The position numbers and the translations under genes were made by a program. Below are positions 39,086 through 49,328 of a stretch of DNA of 64,000 bases, one piece after another; the stretch's first letter is position 1; every line of letters starts with the position of its first letter. The DNA comes from Bdellovibrio sp. (GTDB taxonomy: Bacteria; Bdellovibrionota; Bdellovibrionia; Bdellovibrionales; Bdellovibrionaceae): positions 1,248,001 through 1,312,000 of the forward strand of contig JAKFCY010000002.1 in the NCBI GenBank assembly GCA_036676395.1, in the 5' to 3' direction. The notes below the pieces were generated by a model, which saw only the letters and a program-made list of their open reading frames with translations, had not been told where the DNA came from and searched no databases.

Positions 39086-42000
39086 GTGAGAATAATGGCG
39101 TTGAACGTGCTTTCTAAATGGCTAACTTTGTTAGGAATTTTCCTATTTGCTGTTTCATCTTTTGCGATCAACGGAAGAACCACTTATCAAGCTAAAATTA
39201 TTAAACCTGATGGTTATCCCCTTGAATCTGCAAGTGTAAATTTTCGGTTCACCGTTTTAGATCAATCCGGATCTTGCGCGATGTATATTGAAGACTACGC
39301 AGCCATTAACATGACTGACACCGGTGGACTAATTTCTTTTCCGTTAGGAACCGGTGCACGTGCGTTTCCAACAAGTGGTACAGCGCAAACTTTTCAAAAT
39401 ACTTTTGATAACTCGATCACATCCTTTGCCTGTCAGACTATGGGAATTTATAATCCTAATTCGACAGACACACGTAAAATCGTTATGCAGTTTAACGATG
39501 GTGGCGGTTGGCAAACGCTTCCTGCGATGAGTATTAATGCGGTTCCGTATGCCATGTTTGCTACTCGTTCTGATAATTCACGGTTACTAAATAATAAAGC
39601 AGATACTGCCTTTGTCGAGTATTCAACGATTCCAACATGTACAGCATCGCAAGCGCTGCAATACACGGGCGCAAACTTTGTTTGTGTGGCAGCCGGTGGC
39701 AGTGGCGGGGTGACTTCAGGTGATATCACGACAGCCTTAGGTTACACCCCAGCAGATCCTGCAACGCTTGCTGCTTCGTACACGACGCAGGCTGATTTTA
39801 CGGTAGTGTCTGGTGCGGTGAATGCGATGGTGACATCAGTTTTAAATTTATCAACTTCAGTTGGAGCAATGACTTCTTCGCAGTGGACTAGCTCTGGCAC
39901 AAATATTTTTTACGATACAGGTTACATAGGAATAGGTACTACAGACCCTCAGTATCCACTTCATGTTGTTAAATCTGCAACCGGATTTGATGCCGGTGTT
40001 GCTATGAGTTTTGACGGGTATGTTGGAAGCGGAAATCCTTATACTGGAATTATCGTGCGGGCGGCGCGCGGAACTACGGCTTCGCCAACAGCGATTTTAA
40101 ATGGTGACGGTATTGGTATTTTTGGTATTCGTGCTTACGGAGTCACTAAATTTGCTGACACGACAACAGCAAATATTACGGCATTGGCTACAGAAAATTT
40201 TACCGATACCTCGATGGGAACCGCACTTCGCTTTATGACAACCCCGAATAGTTCGACAGCTTCGGTTGAACGTATGCGCATCAATCACGATGGAAACATC
40301 GGCGTGGGAGTATCTGCACCGGTGACTAAACTTGATGTTTCGGGTGGTGTTCGCATCAGTATGGAAACAGCAACATGTGCTGCAAGTTTTGCTGGAACTT
40401 TACGATATAACTCGGGCTTGGTCGAATATTGTAATGGCGCTTCATGGTCAGCATTTGGTGTGGCGGGTGCAGGAATTACTTTGTTTAATGGTTCATCTTC
40501 TGGCACACAAACTTTTGTAACTGGAATTACCGGAACCAATTTTAATATTACGACGAATAACGGAGTTCACTCTTTAAATATTCCGTTAGCGGCTACTGGT
40601 TCTGTGACTGCGGGTTTATTATCAAATGTTGATTACGTTTTATTTTCAAATAAAGTGAATGCAACAAGTGCGGCTATTATTTCTGCTTTAGGTTATACTC
40701 CTGCCAATAATGCAGCTTCAGGAACTTATGCCGTTAAATCTAATAATTTATCTGATTTAACATCAGCAACAGTTGCGCGAACAAATTTAGGCTTAGGATC
40801 GATCTCTGTATTAAATTCGGTTGATCTAAGTGGATCGCAAGCGACAGGAACTTTGGCAGCAGCAAGACTACCGGCATTTAGTGGTGATGCGACCAGTTCA
40901 GTAGGTTCTGCGATTTTAACTTTAGCTTCGGTTGGTGCAGGTGTCACCAGTGGTTCACAATACACGAAAGTCACTGTTGATGGCAAAGGCCGCGTAACAA
41001 GTGGCGCGCAGTTGTCTGTAACAGATGTAACGACCGCTTTAGGTTATACTCCGGCAAGTGCTTCGGCATCTACGCAGTGGGTAACCAGTGGTACAACGAT
41101 TAATTATTCAACGGGTAATGTCGGTATTGGCAATTCGTCGCCGCTAAGTTTATTATCGATCGGAAGCACTCTTGGATCAGGTTACGCTTTAACCGCAAAT
41201 TCGACAAGTGCGTACGGTATGGTTGTACAAACATCAGAAGCTGTCGCCGGAAATAATGCAGCGTTTTGGGTGAGAACAAGTGCGGACAGCGGTGCAACGA
41301 ATAGAACTCTTTTAAGAGTGCAAAATAATGGAAAAGTCGGTTTAGGTGTCAGTGCGCCAACAGCGAGCTTGCATTTAACATCTGGATCAACAATCGCGAC
41401 AACGGCTCCGTTAAAATTTACAAGTGGATCGTTAATGACAGCTCCTGAAGCAGGTGCCATTGAGTTTGATGGCACTTATTTTTATGTAACTGATGGTGCA
41501 AATTCTCGTAAAGCTATTCTTACTGACACTGGTGGAAACTATGCAGTAAGCCATCTTACTTCGTCAGGTAATATTACTTTTACCCCGAATTCTTCGGTTA
41601 TCGTTTCTTCAACTACAAATTCGACGTCTGCAAATACAGGAGCTTTTATCGTTAAAGGTGGTATGGGAGTTGGTGCAGACCTTAATGTCACAGGAGTTAT
41701 CAGTGGCTCATCAATTGTAAAAGCCAGCGGTTATCGTGCCAATCAAGGTGTGCCGAACAATTCTGATAACTCAACTAATGGTTATTCATTTGGGCTTGAT
41801 GGTGACACGGGTGTTTTTTCTCCAGGTAATGGCGGCGCTAATGGTGTGGTGGCTATTTATAATAATAACGCAGAAACTATGCGAATTAATCCGGGTGCTG
41901 TGGGTATTGGTACTTCGTCACCTTCGGCTGTGTTGCAACTTGCGACGGCTACCCAAAATATCGATCGTATTCGTTTAACTGGGCAAGAGTTTTATCAAGC

Positions 42001-44137
42001 TGCTAACAGCGATAATGTCGATGGTGTTTCACTTTTATTAGGCGCAAATCGCAGTGGTAATCGACAATTATGGATTGCAGACAGTTCTCAGCTTACGCCA
42101 AACACAAGTAATTCAGTTATTCGTATTAATCCGAATTCAAGAGACATTTCCGCATTTGCTACTGATGGCGTAACTTCAAAAACTTTATCACTGAATGCGA
42201 GTGGTGGATTTGTCGGTGTCGGTAATGTGAGCCCCGTGGCTCCATTAACAGTAGGTAATAGCACTGATCGCCGTGGATATGTTCAGTTGCGCAATGATGG
42301 CGCGAATGGACCAGTGCTGCAATTGTTCAATAATTTATCTGGCGGGCGAACTTATAATATTTATTCTGGATTTAGTGCTTCAGGTACATTCGCTATTGCT
42401 GATCTAACTGCGGGAAACATTTCACGTTTCACGATCACAGCTTCTGGTCATGTAGGTGTTGGCACCGAAACTCCGCAACGAAAATTACATGTTTCAAGTG
42501 CCAGCAGTTCAGATGGGTTGTTGTTAGATAACGGAACTTCTGATTCAAGTAATTTAATTTTTCATGATTCAACACAAGGTGTAAGTGGGGTCACCTGGAA
42601 TTTAGATTCTACTAACGGTGCGTTTAGAATTTTCACTGAGCCGATCTCTTCAGTAGATCCGCTCACAGCCACGAATGGCAGTGAAAGACTCACGATTTTA
42701 CCTTCGGGTAATGTGGGTATAGGTACAACGAATCCTGTTGATAAATTACATGTTTTTGGTGTCAGCACAGTAACGAGTGGAACTGGTAATTTATCAATGA
42801 TTCCCGACTTTGAAGGCGCGGCTTATATTCAATCGTATCAGGGCGTCGGAGTTTTTCGCCCACTTAAAATTGATGGTTTGGGTGTAAGTTTTGATGCTAA
42901 AGGCAGTCGCTTTAGTTTTATATCTGGAGATGTCGGTATCGGTACAAACAGCCCAGCAGCGGCACTGCATTTAGTTACACAAAATACAGCAAGCCCAGCG
43001 GTCGTCATTGATACCGACGCAGATGTTGGTGATCAAGCTTTTAAAATTAGAACATCAGGTGATGGTGGTGCTGGGTTAACAGATGCAGATACAAAATTTA
43101 TAGTCATGGGTAGCGGTAATGTAGGTATCGGCACAAGTGCGCCGATTACTCGTTTAGAAGTCAATGGCACTTTATCAAGTAAAGGTGGCGATCTGATTTT
43201 ACAAAGACCCATTTCTGGCGGCAATTGGGCGCGCGGCGTTCACTATACTCCTGAGGGATCTGTAAATCCTACTTTAGATGCACTTGCTGGATTGGGTATC
43301 TATGGTGCAAGCACTACCGCGCAAAGAATGTATTTAACTTTTGGCGCCTCGCCTTGGAATTCAACAGCTGGAATTCAAATCACTTCAGCCGGAAACGTCG
43401 GGATCGGAACTTCAGCGCCAACTAGTAAATTGGAAGTGCGCGGCGGTAATGCCTTTATCGAAGGTAAAGCTTATATTTATTCAAATTCTGGCTGGGGAGC
43501 CGTTACGCCGTCTGTGACTTTAGCGCTTGGTGATAATGACACCGGATTTAACTGGATTTCAGATGGTGAATTTCAAGTCTATGCCAACAATCAACCGCGC
43601 ATGCATTTTGATTTGAGTGGAAATACGGGTGTCGGAACAACAGATCCTCAATATAGTTTAGATGTGGCCGGAAATTTTCGTGTGGGCGGACAAGCTTATA
43701 CGAATACCGGTGCTGCAACCTTCACAGTTTTATCAGATGTGCGCTACAAAGATGTGCATGGTAATTACGAGCGTGGATTAAGCGACTTGCTAAAAGTCGA
43801 AACTATTCGCTTTAACTATAAAAAAGAAAACCCGCTAGGCTCAGACCCAATTCATGAATATGTTGGCTTATCAGCGCAGAATTTACAGACAGCTATTCCA
43901 GAAGCGGTTGAACAACAAAACAAAAAAGGCGTTGAATTTTTAACGGTAAATACATCGCCCGTGATATATGCAATGATTAATTCAGTAAAAGAACTTTACT
44001 ACAAGATCGTAGGCCACGACCGAGAAATTGCATCACTTAAGGCTAAAAACGAAGAATTAGAATCTAAATTAAAAGAGTTCGACGAACTTAAAGCCTATAT
44101 CTGTAAAAAAGATCCACAGGCTCCGAACTGTAAATAA
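39086..44137 (+). CDS. Phage-tail-fibre-like mosaic adhesin with C-terminal peptidase S74 chaperone (MAT-like), 1683 aa
   Basis: Signal peptide, 'TYQAKIIKPDG..AVPYA' N-domain, many GNVGIGT repeats, 'LSDVRYK' S74 motif, C-terminal coiled coil. Confidence 0.9.
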   Translation: MRIMALNVLSKWLTLLGIFLFAVSSFAINGRTTYQAKIIKPDGYPLESASVNFRFTVLDQSGSCAMYIEDYAAINMTDTGGLISFPLGTGARAFPTSGTAQTFQNTFDNSITSFACQTMGIYNPNSTDTRKIVMQFNDGGGWQTLPAMSINAVPYAMFATRSDNSRLLNNKADTAFVEYSTIPTCTASQALQYTGANFVCVAAGGSGGVTSGDITTALGYTPADPATLAASYTTQADFTVVSGAVNAMVTSVLNLSTSVGAMTSSQWTSSGTNIFYDTGYIGIGTTDPQYPLHVVKSATGFDAGVAMSFDGYVGSGNPYTGIIVRAARGTTASPTAILNGDGIGIFGIRAYGVTKFADTTTANITALATENFTDTSMGTALRFMTTPNSSTASVERMRINHDGNIGVGVSAPVTKLDVSGGVRISMETATCAASFAGTLRYNSGLVEYCNGASWSAFGVAGAGITLFNGSSSGTQTFVTGITGTNFNITTNNGVHSLNIPLAATGSVTAGLLSNVDYVLFSNKVNATSAAIISALGYTPANNAASGTYAVKSNNLSDLTSATVARTNLGLGSISVLNSVDLSGSQATGTLAAARLPAFSGDATSSVGSAILTLASVGAGVTSGSQYTKVTVDGKGRVTSGAQLSVTDVTTALGYTPASASASTQWVTSGTTINYSTGNVGIGNSSPLSLLSIGSTLGSGYALTANSTSAYGMVVQTSEAVAGNNAAFWVRTSADSGATNRTLLRVQNNGKVGLGVSAPTASLHLTSGSTIATTAPLKFTSGSLMTAPEAGAIEFDGTYFYVTDGANSRKAILTDTGGNYAVSHLTSSGNITFTPNSSVIVSSTTNSTSANTGAFIVKGGMGVGADLNVTGVISGSSIVKASGYRANQGVPNNSDNSTNGYSFGLDGDTGVFSPGNGGANGVVAIYNNNAETMRINPGAVGIGTSSPSAVLQLATATQNIDRIRLTGQEFYQAANSDNVDGVSLLLGANRSGNRQLWIADSSQLTPNTSNSVIRINPNSRDISAFATDGVTSKTLSLNASGGFVGVGNVSPVAPLTVGNSTDRRGYVQLRNDGANGPVLQLFNNLSGGRTYNIYSGFSASGTFAIADLTAGNISRFTITASGHVGVGTETPQRKLHVSSASSSDGLLLDNGTSDSSNLIFHDSTQGVSGVTWNLDSTNGAFRIFTEPISSVDPLTATNGSERLTILPSGNVGIGTTNPVDKLHVFGVSTVTSGTGNLSMIPDFEGAAYIQSYQGVGVFRPLKIDGLGVSFDAKGSRFSFISGDVGIGTNSPAAALHLVTQNTASPAVVIDTDADVGDQAFKIRTSGDGGAGLTDADTKFIVMGSGNVGIGTSAPITRLEVNGTLSSKGGDLILQRPISGGNWARGVHYTPEGSVNPTLDALAGLGIYGASTTAQRMYLTFGASPWNSTAGIQITSAGNVGIGTSAPTSKLEVRGGNAFIEGKAYIYSNSGWGAVTPSVTLALGDNDTGFNWISDGEFQVYANNQPRMHFDLSGNTGVGTTDPQYSLDVAGNFRVGGQAYTNTGAATFTVLSDVRYKDVHGNYERGLSDLLKVETIRFNYKKENPLGSDPIHEYVGLSAQNLQTAIPEAVEQQNKKGVEFLTVNTSPVIYAMINSVKELYYKIVGHDREIASLKAKNEELESKLKEFDELKAYICKKDPQAPNCK

Positions 44138-44262
44138 TTGTTTTGTAAATAAACTTGAAGACGATTTTTTCAAACAAAGTTTAGAGTTTTTCTCTATTAC
44201 CATAGTCTAGAAAGTCGGGTAAACAAATTGCTCTGCAAGCTTCGCTGCCTAGACTTAGTGAA

Positions 44263-44991
44263 ATGAAAACAAAGAACAAAGTTTTAATCGCATTTACATT
44301 TTTATTAACGGGTTGTTTAACTCCTGATCTTTCAAAATCAGGAAATGCGACAACATCATCTGACAATAACACCACAGCAACAACCTCAGGCACACCCACG
44401 GTATCACAACCTCCAGTCGTAACGATTCCGCCAACACCGGTACCGTCAGGTTATATGGACGGTGATGTCATATTTATTCAAAGCCAGTCATCGCAATCAG
44501 CAGCGCTTCGTGAAGCTACAGGCTCTGTGTGGACCCATGTGGGCTTATTGGTAAAACAAAGCTCTGGATGGTTTGTGGCTGAAGCCATTGGCCCGGTGGT
44601 CAGCACCCCAATCAATGATTTTATTGCTCGCAGTAAAGATAAAGCTTACCAGGTTTATCGGTTTCGTCATTTTGATCCGACAACTATGCGAAGTGCGATG
44701 TTGGCGGCCATTCAAAAATACAATAAGCCCTATGATATCTATTTTGAATTTTCGAACACGCGCATTTACTGCAGCGAGCTGACCTATAAAGTGATGTTAG
44801 ATGTTACAGGTGTTGGGTTAGGGCGTGTGCAGAAAATGCGCGATATGAATCTGGAAGGCCCCTATGCAAAAGCTCTTATTCAAAAGCGCTTAACTGATAT
44901 TGGTAAAGAAATTAATCCTGATGAAGATATTATTACACCAGTCAGCCAAATGGTTGATGCGAACGTCACGCTGGTCAAAAGTTCTCTCTAG
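44263..44991 (+). CDS. YiiX/YebB-like permuted papain-like (NlpC/P60) lipoprotein
   Basis: Lipobox LLTG-C, 'DGDVIF', 'WTHVGL', 'PYD..F', 'IYCSEL', 'ITP'. Confidence 0.9.
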   Translation: MKTKNKVLIAFTFLLTGCLTPDLSKSGNATTSSDNNTTATTSGTPTVSQPPVVTIPPTPVPSGYMDGDVIFIQSQSSQSAALREATGSVWTHVGLLVKQSSGWFVAEAIGPVVSTPINDFIARSKDKAYQVYRFRHFDPTTMRSAMLAAIQKYNKPYDIYFEFSNTRIYCSELTYKVMLDVTGVGLGRVQKMRDMNLEGPYAKALIQKRLTDIGKEINPDEDIITPVSQMVDANVTLVKSSL

Positions 44992-45045
44992 TTTGGGCTT
45001 GGGTTTTGCTTATTTAAGCATTGTTGCATAACACCAAGGGGCTTT

Positions 45046-45219
45046 ATGGAAAAGAATGCTATATCTGAAAAGAAAAAAAATAAAAACCGGGATTATCAGC
45101 CATTAAAACCTGACCCTACCAGTGATCCGGATAATAATGTTGTGGCCTCACGGCCGCCAACCGAAACTGAAATTGGGTCGTCGATCGTACGGCGCAGTGA
45201 AGCCGATGATGAAGATTAA
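45046..45219 (+). CDS. Small 57-aa hydrophilic protein, not in the ORF track
   Basis: AAGGGG SD; MEKNAISEKKKNKNRDYQPLKPDPTSDPDNNVVASRPPTETEIGSSIVRRSEADDED*; followed by a hairpin. Confidence 0.55.
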   Translation: MEKNAISEKKKNKNRDYQPLKPDPTSDPDNNVVASRPPTETEIGSSIVRRSEADDED

Positions 45220-45253
45220 AAAAAGGGTTAAACGTTTTTAGCGTTTAACCCTT
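45220..45253. terminator. Intrinsic terminator (U-tract on the minus strand; may be bidirectional)
   Basis: AAAAAGGGTTAAACG-tttttag-CGTTTAACCCTT. Confidence 0.8.
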
Positions 45254-45344
45254 AATGTGAATAAATGTGCCAAAAGCACATTCTCTAATTGTACTTAATT
45301 TATCGGTCGCAAATAAAATTTGCTAAACCTTATCGTAACATTTT

Positions 45345-46421
45345 TCAGTTGCGCAAACTGCTGTTTGCAACCACTGGTTTACTATAAAATACACCTGGAA
45401 TAAAGGCATTGATTTCACGAAATAAACGCTCGGCAGCGTTGCTGCAACTCTCGTTGGGTAAACGGTTGAACATGAACGCCGGAATCTTTGTTTCGACATA
45501 TGAAGTGCCATCTTGAGAGTTATTATCACCGTTAAATACATCTTGTTTTACGGTAATCCCAACAATTTCAGCGGTCTGTAGATCGAAACCGAAGTTGTTT
45601 TTTTCACATAAAAATTGTTGAAAGTAAGCGTACGTAACATTAGCAAGTCGTGGCCCGGCGATAGCCCCGTTAATGAATAGATAAGGGTTAAAGGCCATTT
45701 TAGGTGTGCCATTTTTTTGCGTGTAAGTGAACGGAAAAAATTGCAACTGATCAAGTTCATGATCAAAACGTGATGGAAAAAGTAAATCAATGCGCTTAGA
45801 AAAATCGTCAGGCTCAATGAATTCTAGATTTTGGGTAAAAAGATAACCATTTTGCAGGCGGGCTTTAAAGGGTGATTTTTCTAAGCCGGGTTTGCCAATG
45901 GCTTTTTGCGGCTGAATTAAAATATAATTTAGTTCGTGGAAAATGAGAGCCACATGATTTTTTTCATCCATGAGAGCCCAGAATAAATTATCAAATAAAA
46001 CGACATCGTTAGTGCGAGCCGCGACTTGAAAATAAGGGCCAGCAATGATTGATTCTACCGGAATATAAGTTAGACGATAATTGACAAACATCCAGCGCAC
46101 ATTTTCAAACGCCGTCACAAGGGCTTCAGCGTAAACCGGATCAAGTTCTGCAATTTCGGCCAGTTTTTCACAGACCAATTGTAAAGTTTGGTTTGGAATA
46201 CGGCTTTGATAGTTATACACGCGCGACCAGAAGTATTGATAATAAGATTTGTTGATAATTTTTTTAAAGTTAGGTTCTTCAGCAATGCCTTGCTCGGCTA
46301 AATCGAGCACAAAAAACTTATCACCGATCTTAATGGCATTGCCGCCGTTGCCAATGAACACTGGCCCAGCGTGAGTTACTAAAGTAAATGATAAGACTGC
46401 GAATAAAATGAAATTTTTCAT
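45345..46421 (-). CDS. Secreted protein with N-terminal GNGG motif and HExxY zincin-like segment
   Basis: Signal THA-G, 'GPVFIGNGG', 'VALIFHELNY'. Confidence 0.6.
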   Translation of the reverse strand: MKNFILFAVLSFTLVTHAGPVFIGNGGNAIKIGDKFFVLDLAEQGIAEEPNFKKIINKSYYQYFWSRVYNYQSRIPNQTLQLVCEKLAEIAELDPVYAEALVTAFENVRWMFVNYRLTYIPVESIIAGPYFQVAARTNDVVLFDNLFWALMDEKNHVALIFHELNYILIQPQKAIGKPGLEKSPFKARLQNGYLFTQNLEFIEPDDFSKRIDLLFPSRFDHELDQLQFFPFTYTQKNGTPKMAFNPYLFINGAIAGPRLANVTYAYFQQFLCEKNNFGFDLQTAEIVGITVKQDVFNGDNNSQDGTSYVETKIPAFMFNRLPNESCSNAAERLFREINAFIPGVFYSKPVVANSSLRN

Positions 46422-46423
46422 AT

Positions 46424-47215
46424 TTATGGCCTTTCTAAGCTGAAAAAATTAACTGCAAGCGAGTAAACTTCGGTCTTTGGCTGTTCGTTATAGTATTTAG
46501 TGCTAAATTCGCTCATGAAATCGCGAATCATTTGTTTGGCGCCAGTCATTTGGTCTTTAGCAAAAGAAATTACTAAATTTTGAAATTCTCTTTCTAAAAT
46601 AGGATGCGTTGATACGCTTTGCGCCGCTTTTTCTGCAATCGATGTATGATATTTTACAATGGCACCCGCCGGGATGTCGTTTAAAGTTTGCACGCTTGAA
46701 GCCGTGGCAGTTAAACGTTCATCTTCATTTTTTAAAATGTTCAGATTGCACAGGTGAGTTACAATTGTTTTTGTTAAATCTTGTGAGATTTTTAAAATAT
46801 CAACTAATTGATTAATGTTTGTTGCACGTTGAGTTGAAACTAATTCGTAAACCGCAATATAGCGCCAGTGATTGATGGTATTTAGCGGATCATTATGAAC
46901 TACGACTGTATTCGTGTACTTCGAAATTTGAGTCATTTTTTCTGCGGCGGCAGCTTTTTTCTTTTTCGCTCTGGCAAAACAGGTGTCAACGCTGGTTAAA
47001 AATTTTTGTTTTTCATGATGAGTTAAAGTCATGTTAGATGCAATTTTGATGGCAAGTTTTTCTGAAAGCCCGCGCTTTCTAGAAAAAATTTGCGATAAAG
47101 TAGAGTGGTCGATATCCAGGTGACGTGCAAAAACTCGTAAAGAGTAGCGTGGATTTTTTTCTTTTTTCTTGTCGAATTCACGTTGCAGTATTTGTAAATA
47201 AACTTCTTGTTGCAT
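46424..47215 (-). CDS. TIGR02147/DUF4423-type HTH regulator
   Basis: 'KKEKNPRYSLRVFARHL.I..STLSQIF..KRGLS', 'HWRYIAVYEL', 'KYH', 'EREF', 'VYSLAVNFFSL'. Confidence 0.85.
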   Translation of the reverse strand: MQQEVYLQILQREFDKKKEKNPRYSLRVFARHLDIDHSTLSQIFSRKRGLSEKLAIKIASNMTLTHHEKQKFLTSVDTCFARAKKKKAAAAEKMTQISKYTNTVVVHNDPLNTINHWRYIAVYELVSTQRATNINQLVDILKISQDLTKTIVTHLCNLNILKNEDERLTATASSVQTLNDIPAGAIVKYHTSIAEKAAQSVSTHPILEREFQNLVISFAKDQMTGAKQMIRDFMSEFSTKYYNEQPKTEVYSLAVNFFSLERP

Positions 47216-47367
47216 AGGCATAAAGACTAACTGTCCTTATGAAGAAACTGCAACATTGTTTCTATGCGTAAACAATTATTTCTAGCATTATCATGCCATT
47301 AAAATAATCATAATGGTTGCTGTTTGTATCTTTGGTAACCGCGTAACTAATTAATTTTATTAACGCT

Positions 47368-48810
47368 TTAACAGGTCTTTGCCAACGATCCCACTTCGAT
47401 AAGGGCTTTTTCAATTTCTGAACTCCAGCAAACGCCGGCATTTATTCTTAAACAGTTCATATATTTACCCGTTGTCGAAAAAGCGCAGCCCGGTACGACG
47501 CTGATATTTTTTTTCAAAGCTTTTTCAAAAAGTTCTAAAGTGTTGGTGTCTGCAGAAAACTCGATCCAAATCAGGCAACCACCTTTAGGGTGAGTGATTT
47601 TAATACCTTGGGGAAAATGTTTTTGAATCGTTTCAGTGATGAGCACGAAATTATTTTCAATAGTTTGTCTGAGCTTGCGTAAATGCCGTTCATAGCTGTG
47701 ATTTGCTAAATGATCGGCGATCGCCATCTGTAGCGCGGCATTGGTGCTTGAAGTGTTCGTTGATTTATACAGTAAGAGTCTCTCTTTTTCGCTTTCTGGC
47801 GGAATCACCCAGCCAATGCGATAACCCGCAGATAAAGTTTTTGAAAAAGACGAACACAAATAATTTTTATCTTGTTTATCAAAAGATTTTAAAGTGATCG
47901 GCCGGGTAGGCGTGAAATACAATTCACCATAAATATCATCTTCGATGATCGTGATATTATAGCGATAACAAAGTTGAACAAAACGTTCTTTATTTTCATC
48001 GCTCATCAGGCTTCCGATGGGATTTAAAAAATTCGGCGTAACAAGCGCTGCTTTGATTTTAAATTTAGAAGCTTTTTCTTCAAAGGCTTCTAAATCAATG
48101 CCCTGATCTGATCTGGCCGGTAATTCTAAAAGTTTTAAACCCTGATCTTCGATTAATCTTAAGATGCCGTGAAAGGTTGGGCTTTCTACAGCAACGATAT
48201 CGCCGGGGCTTGCGCAAGATTTTAAAGCCAGATTTAAGGCTTCGGTGCAGCCATTGGTGATGACGACATTTTCAGTGTTAGTTACAAATCCTGCATCAAA
48301 GGTTCGTTTTGCGATTTCTTTTTGTAATTCAGGAAATCCCGCCAAGGGAGGGTAGCGCATCGCTTTTTCTGGATTTTGCCGCATTACTTTTAATAATGAT
48401 TTTTGCAAACTGGCCATGGGTAGCAGAGACGTATGAATGACAGCTCCGCCTAACGGAATTAATTTTTCATTACTGCAGGCATTGACGATATCTAGATTTC
48501 TTGAACTGTCTTTGACAAATCGTGGGCTAGGTAAAGCTTTTGATTTAAAAGCCGGCGTAGAAATAGTTGCCAATTTTTTAACAAAATATCCAGATTGCGG
48601 TTTTGCTTCGATGTGGCCTTGGGCTTCAAGTAGGGCATAGGCTTGATTTACCGTCGAGATACTGACATTAAGTTTTTTGCTCATAACACGCACTGAAGGT
48701 ATTCGACTGCCGTTCAGCAAAGTGCCGTTGCCAATCCAGTCTTTGATTAGCCCTTCGACTTGATTATAAAGTGAGACATCGCTGTTACGTAATATAGGTG
48801 ATCTGGCCAT
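47368..48810 (-). CDS. GntR/MocR-family regulator with PLP-dependent aminotransferase domain
   Basis: wHTH 'IPSVRVMSKKLNVSISTVNQAY', 'IIEDDIY', 'SSFSKTLSAGYRIGW'. Confidence 0.95.
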   Translation of the reverse strand: MARSPILRNSDVSLYNQVEGLIKDWIGNGTLLNGSRIPSVRVMSKKLNVSISTVNQAYALLEAQGHIEAKPQSGYFVKKLATISTPAFKSKALPSPRFVKDSSRNLDIVNACSNEKLIPLGGAVIHTSLLPMASLQKSLLKVMRQNPEKAMRYPPLAGFPELQKEIAKRTFDAGFVTNTENVVITNGCTEALNLALKSCASPGDIVAVESPTFHGILRLIEDQGLKLLELPARSDQGIDLEAFEEKASKFKIKAALVTPNFLNPIGSLMSDENKERFVQLCYRYNITIIEDDIYGELYFTPTRPITLKSFDKQDKNYLCSSFSKTLSAGYRIGWVIPPESEKERLLLYKSTNTSSTNAALQMAIADHLANHSYERHLRKLRQTIENNFVLITETIQKHFPQGIKITHPKGGCLIWIEFSADTNTLELFEKALKKNISVVPGCAFSTTGKYMNCLRINAGVCWSSEIEKALIEVGSLAKTC

Positions 48811-48822
48811 AAACCCTCTTTT

Positions 48823-48862
48823 AACTGTACTGGTTACAATTCAACTTAGGTGCATCTGTACT
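48823..48862. promoter_or_regulatory. Probable MocR operator in the divergent intergenic region
   Basis: Direct repeats CTGTACT (48825, 48856) plus an inverted TACA half-site. Confidence 0.55.
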
Positions 48863-48890
48863 CATTACTGAATTAGCTTATACTAAAGCT

Positions 48891-49169
48891 ATGGAACACT
48901 CTACTAAAAATCAAATTTATCTTAAAAAGGGCGAAACCCTAGAAATCACTGCAAAATCAGTCATCACCGTTGGTAGTGGTATGGTGTGGGTCACGTGTGC
49001 CGGTGACGAAAATGACTATGTTTTAAAAGCGGGTGAGCAGTTAAAGTTAAGTGGTTCTAAGCCTGTGATCGAAGCGATACACTCAAGTTATCTAACTATT
49101 CACGAGCAACCTTCAAAGTTTAAACTGTTTGGTTTAATCCTTTCATGGAATGCTGACGTCTTTGGATAG
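48891..49169 (+). CDS. DUF2917-family small beta protein
   Basis: 'SGMVWVT.AGDENDYVLKAGE'; divergent from the MocR gene, a typical pairing. Confidence 0.8.
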   Translation: MEHSTKNQIYLKKGETLEITAKSVITVGSGMVWVTCAGDENDYVLKAGEQLKLSGSKPVIEAIHSSYLTIHEQPSKFKLFGLILSWNADVFG

Positions 49170-49294
49170 TGTTTCGAAATGAGAAATTTAATCAATGAAG
49201 TGTTGAATTGATACAGCTTTGTTAATTAGCGTTAACAGCGTGCACGACTAAGGTGAAATTACATAACTATATCAAGCAATGTGCCTGAAATTGA

Positions 49295-49321
49295 TCAATA
49301 TTCTGACGAATTTGCCGATAG
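49295..49321 (+). promoter_or_regulatory. sigma28 (FliA)-like promoter of fibre gene 2
   Basis: TCAA-N15-GCCGATAG, ending 7 nt before GTG 49329. Confidence 0.65.
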
Positions 49322-49328
49322 GTAATAC

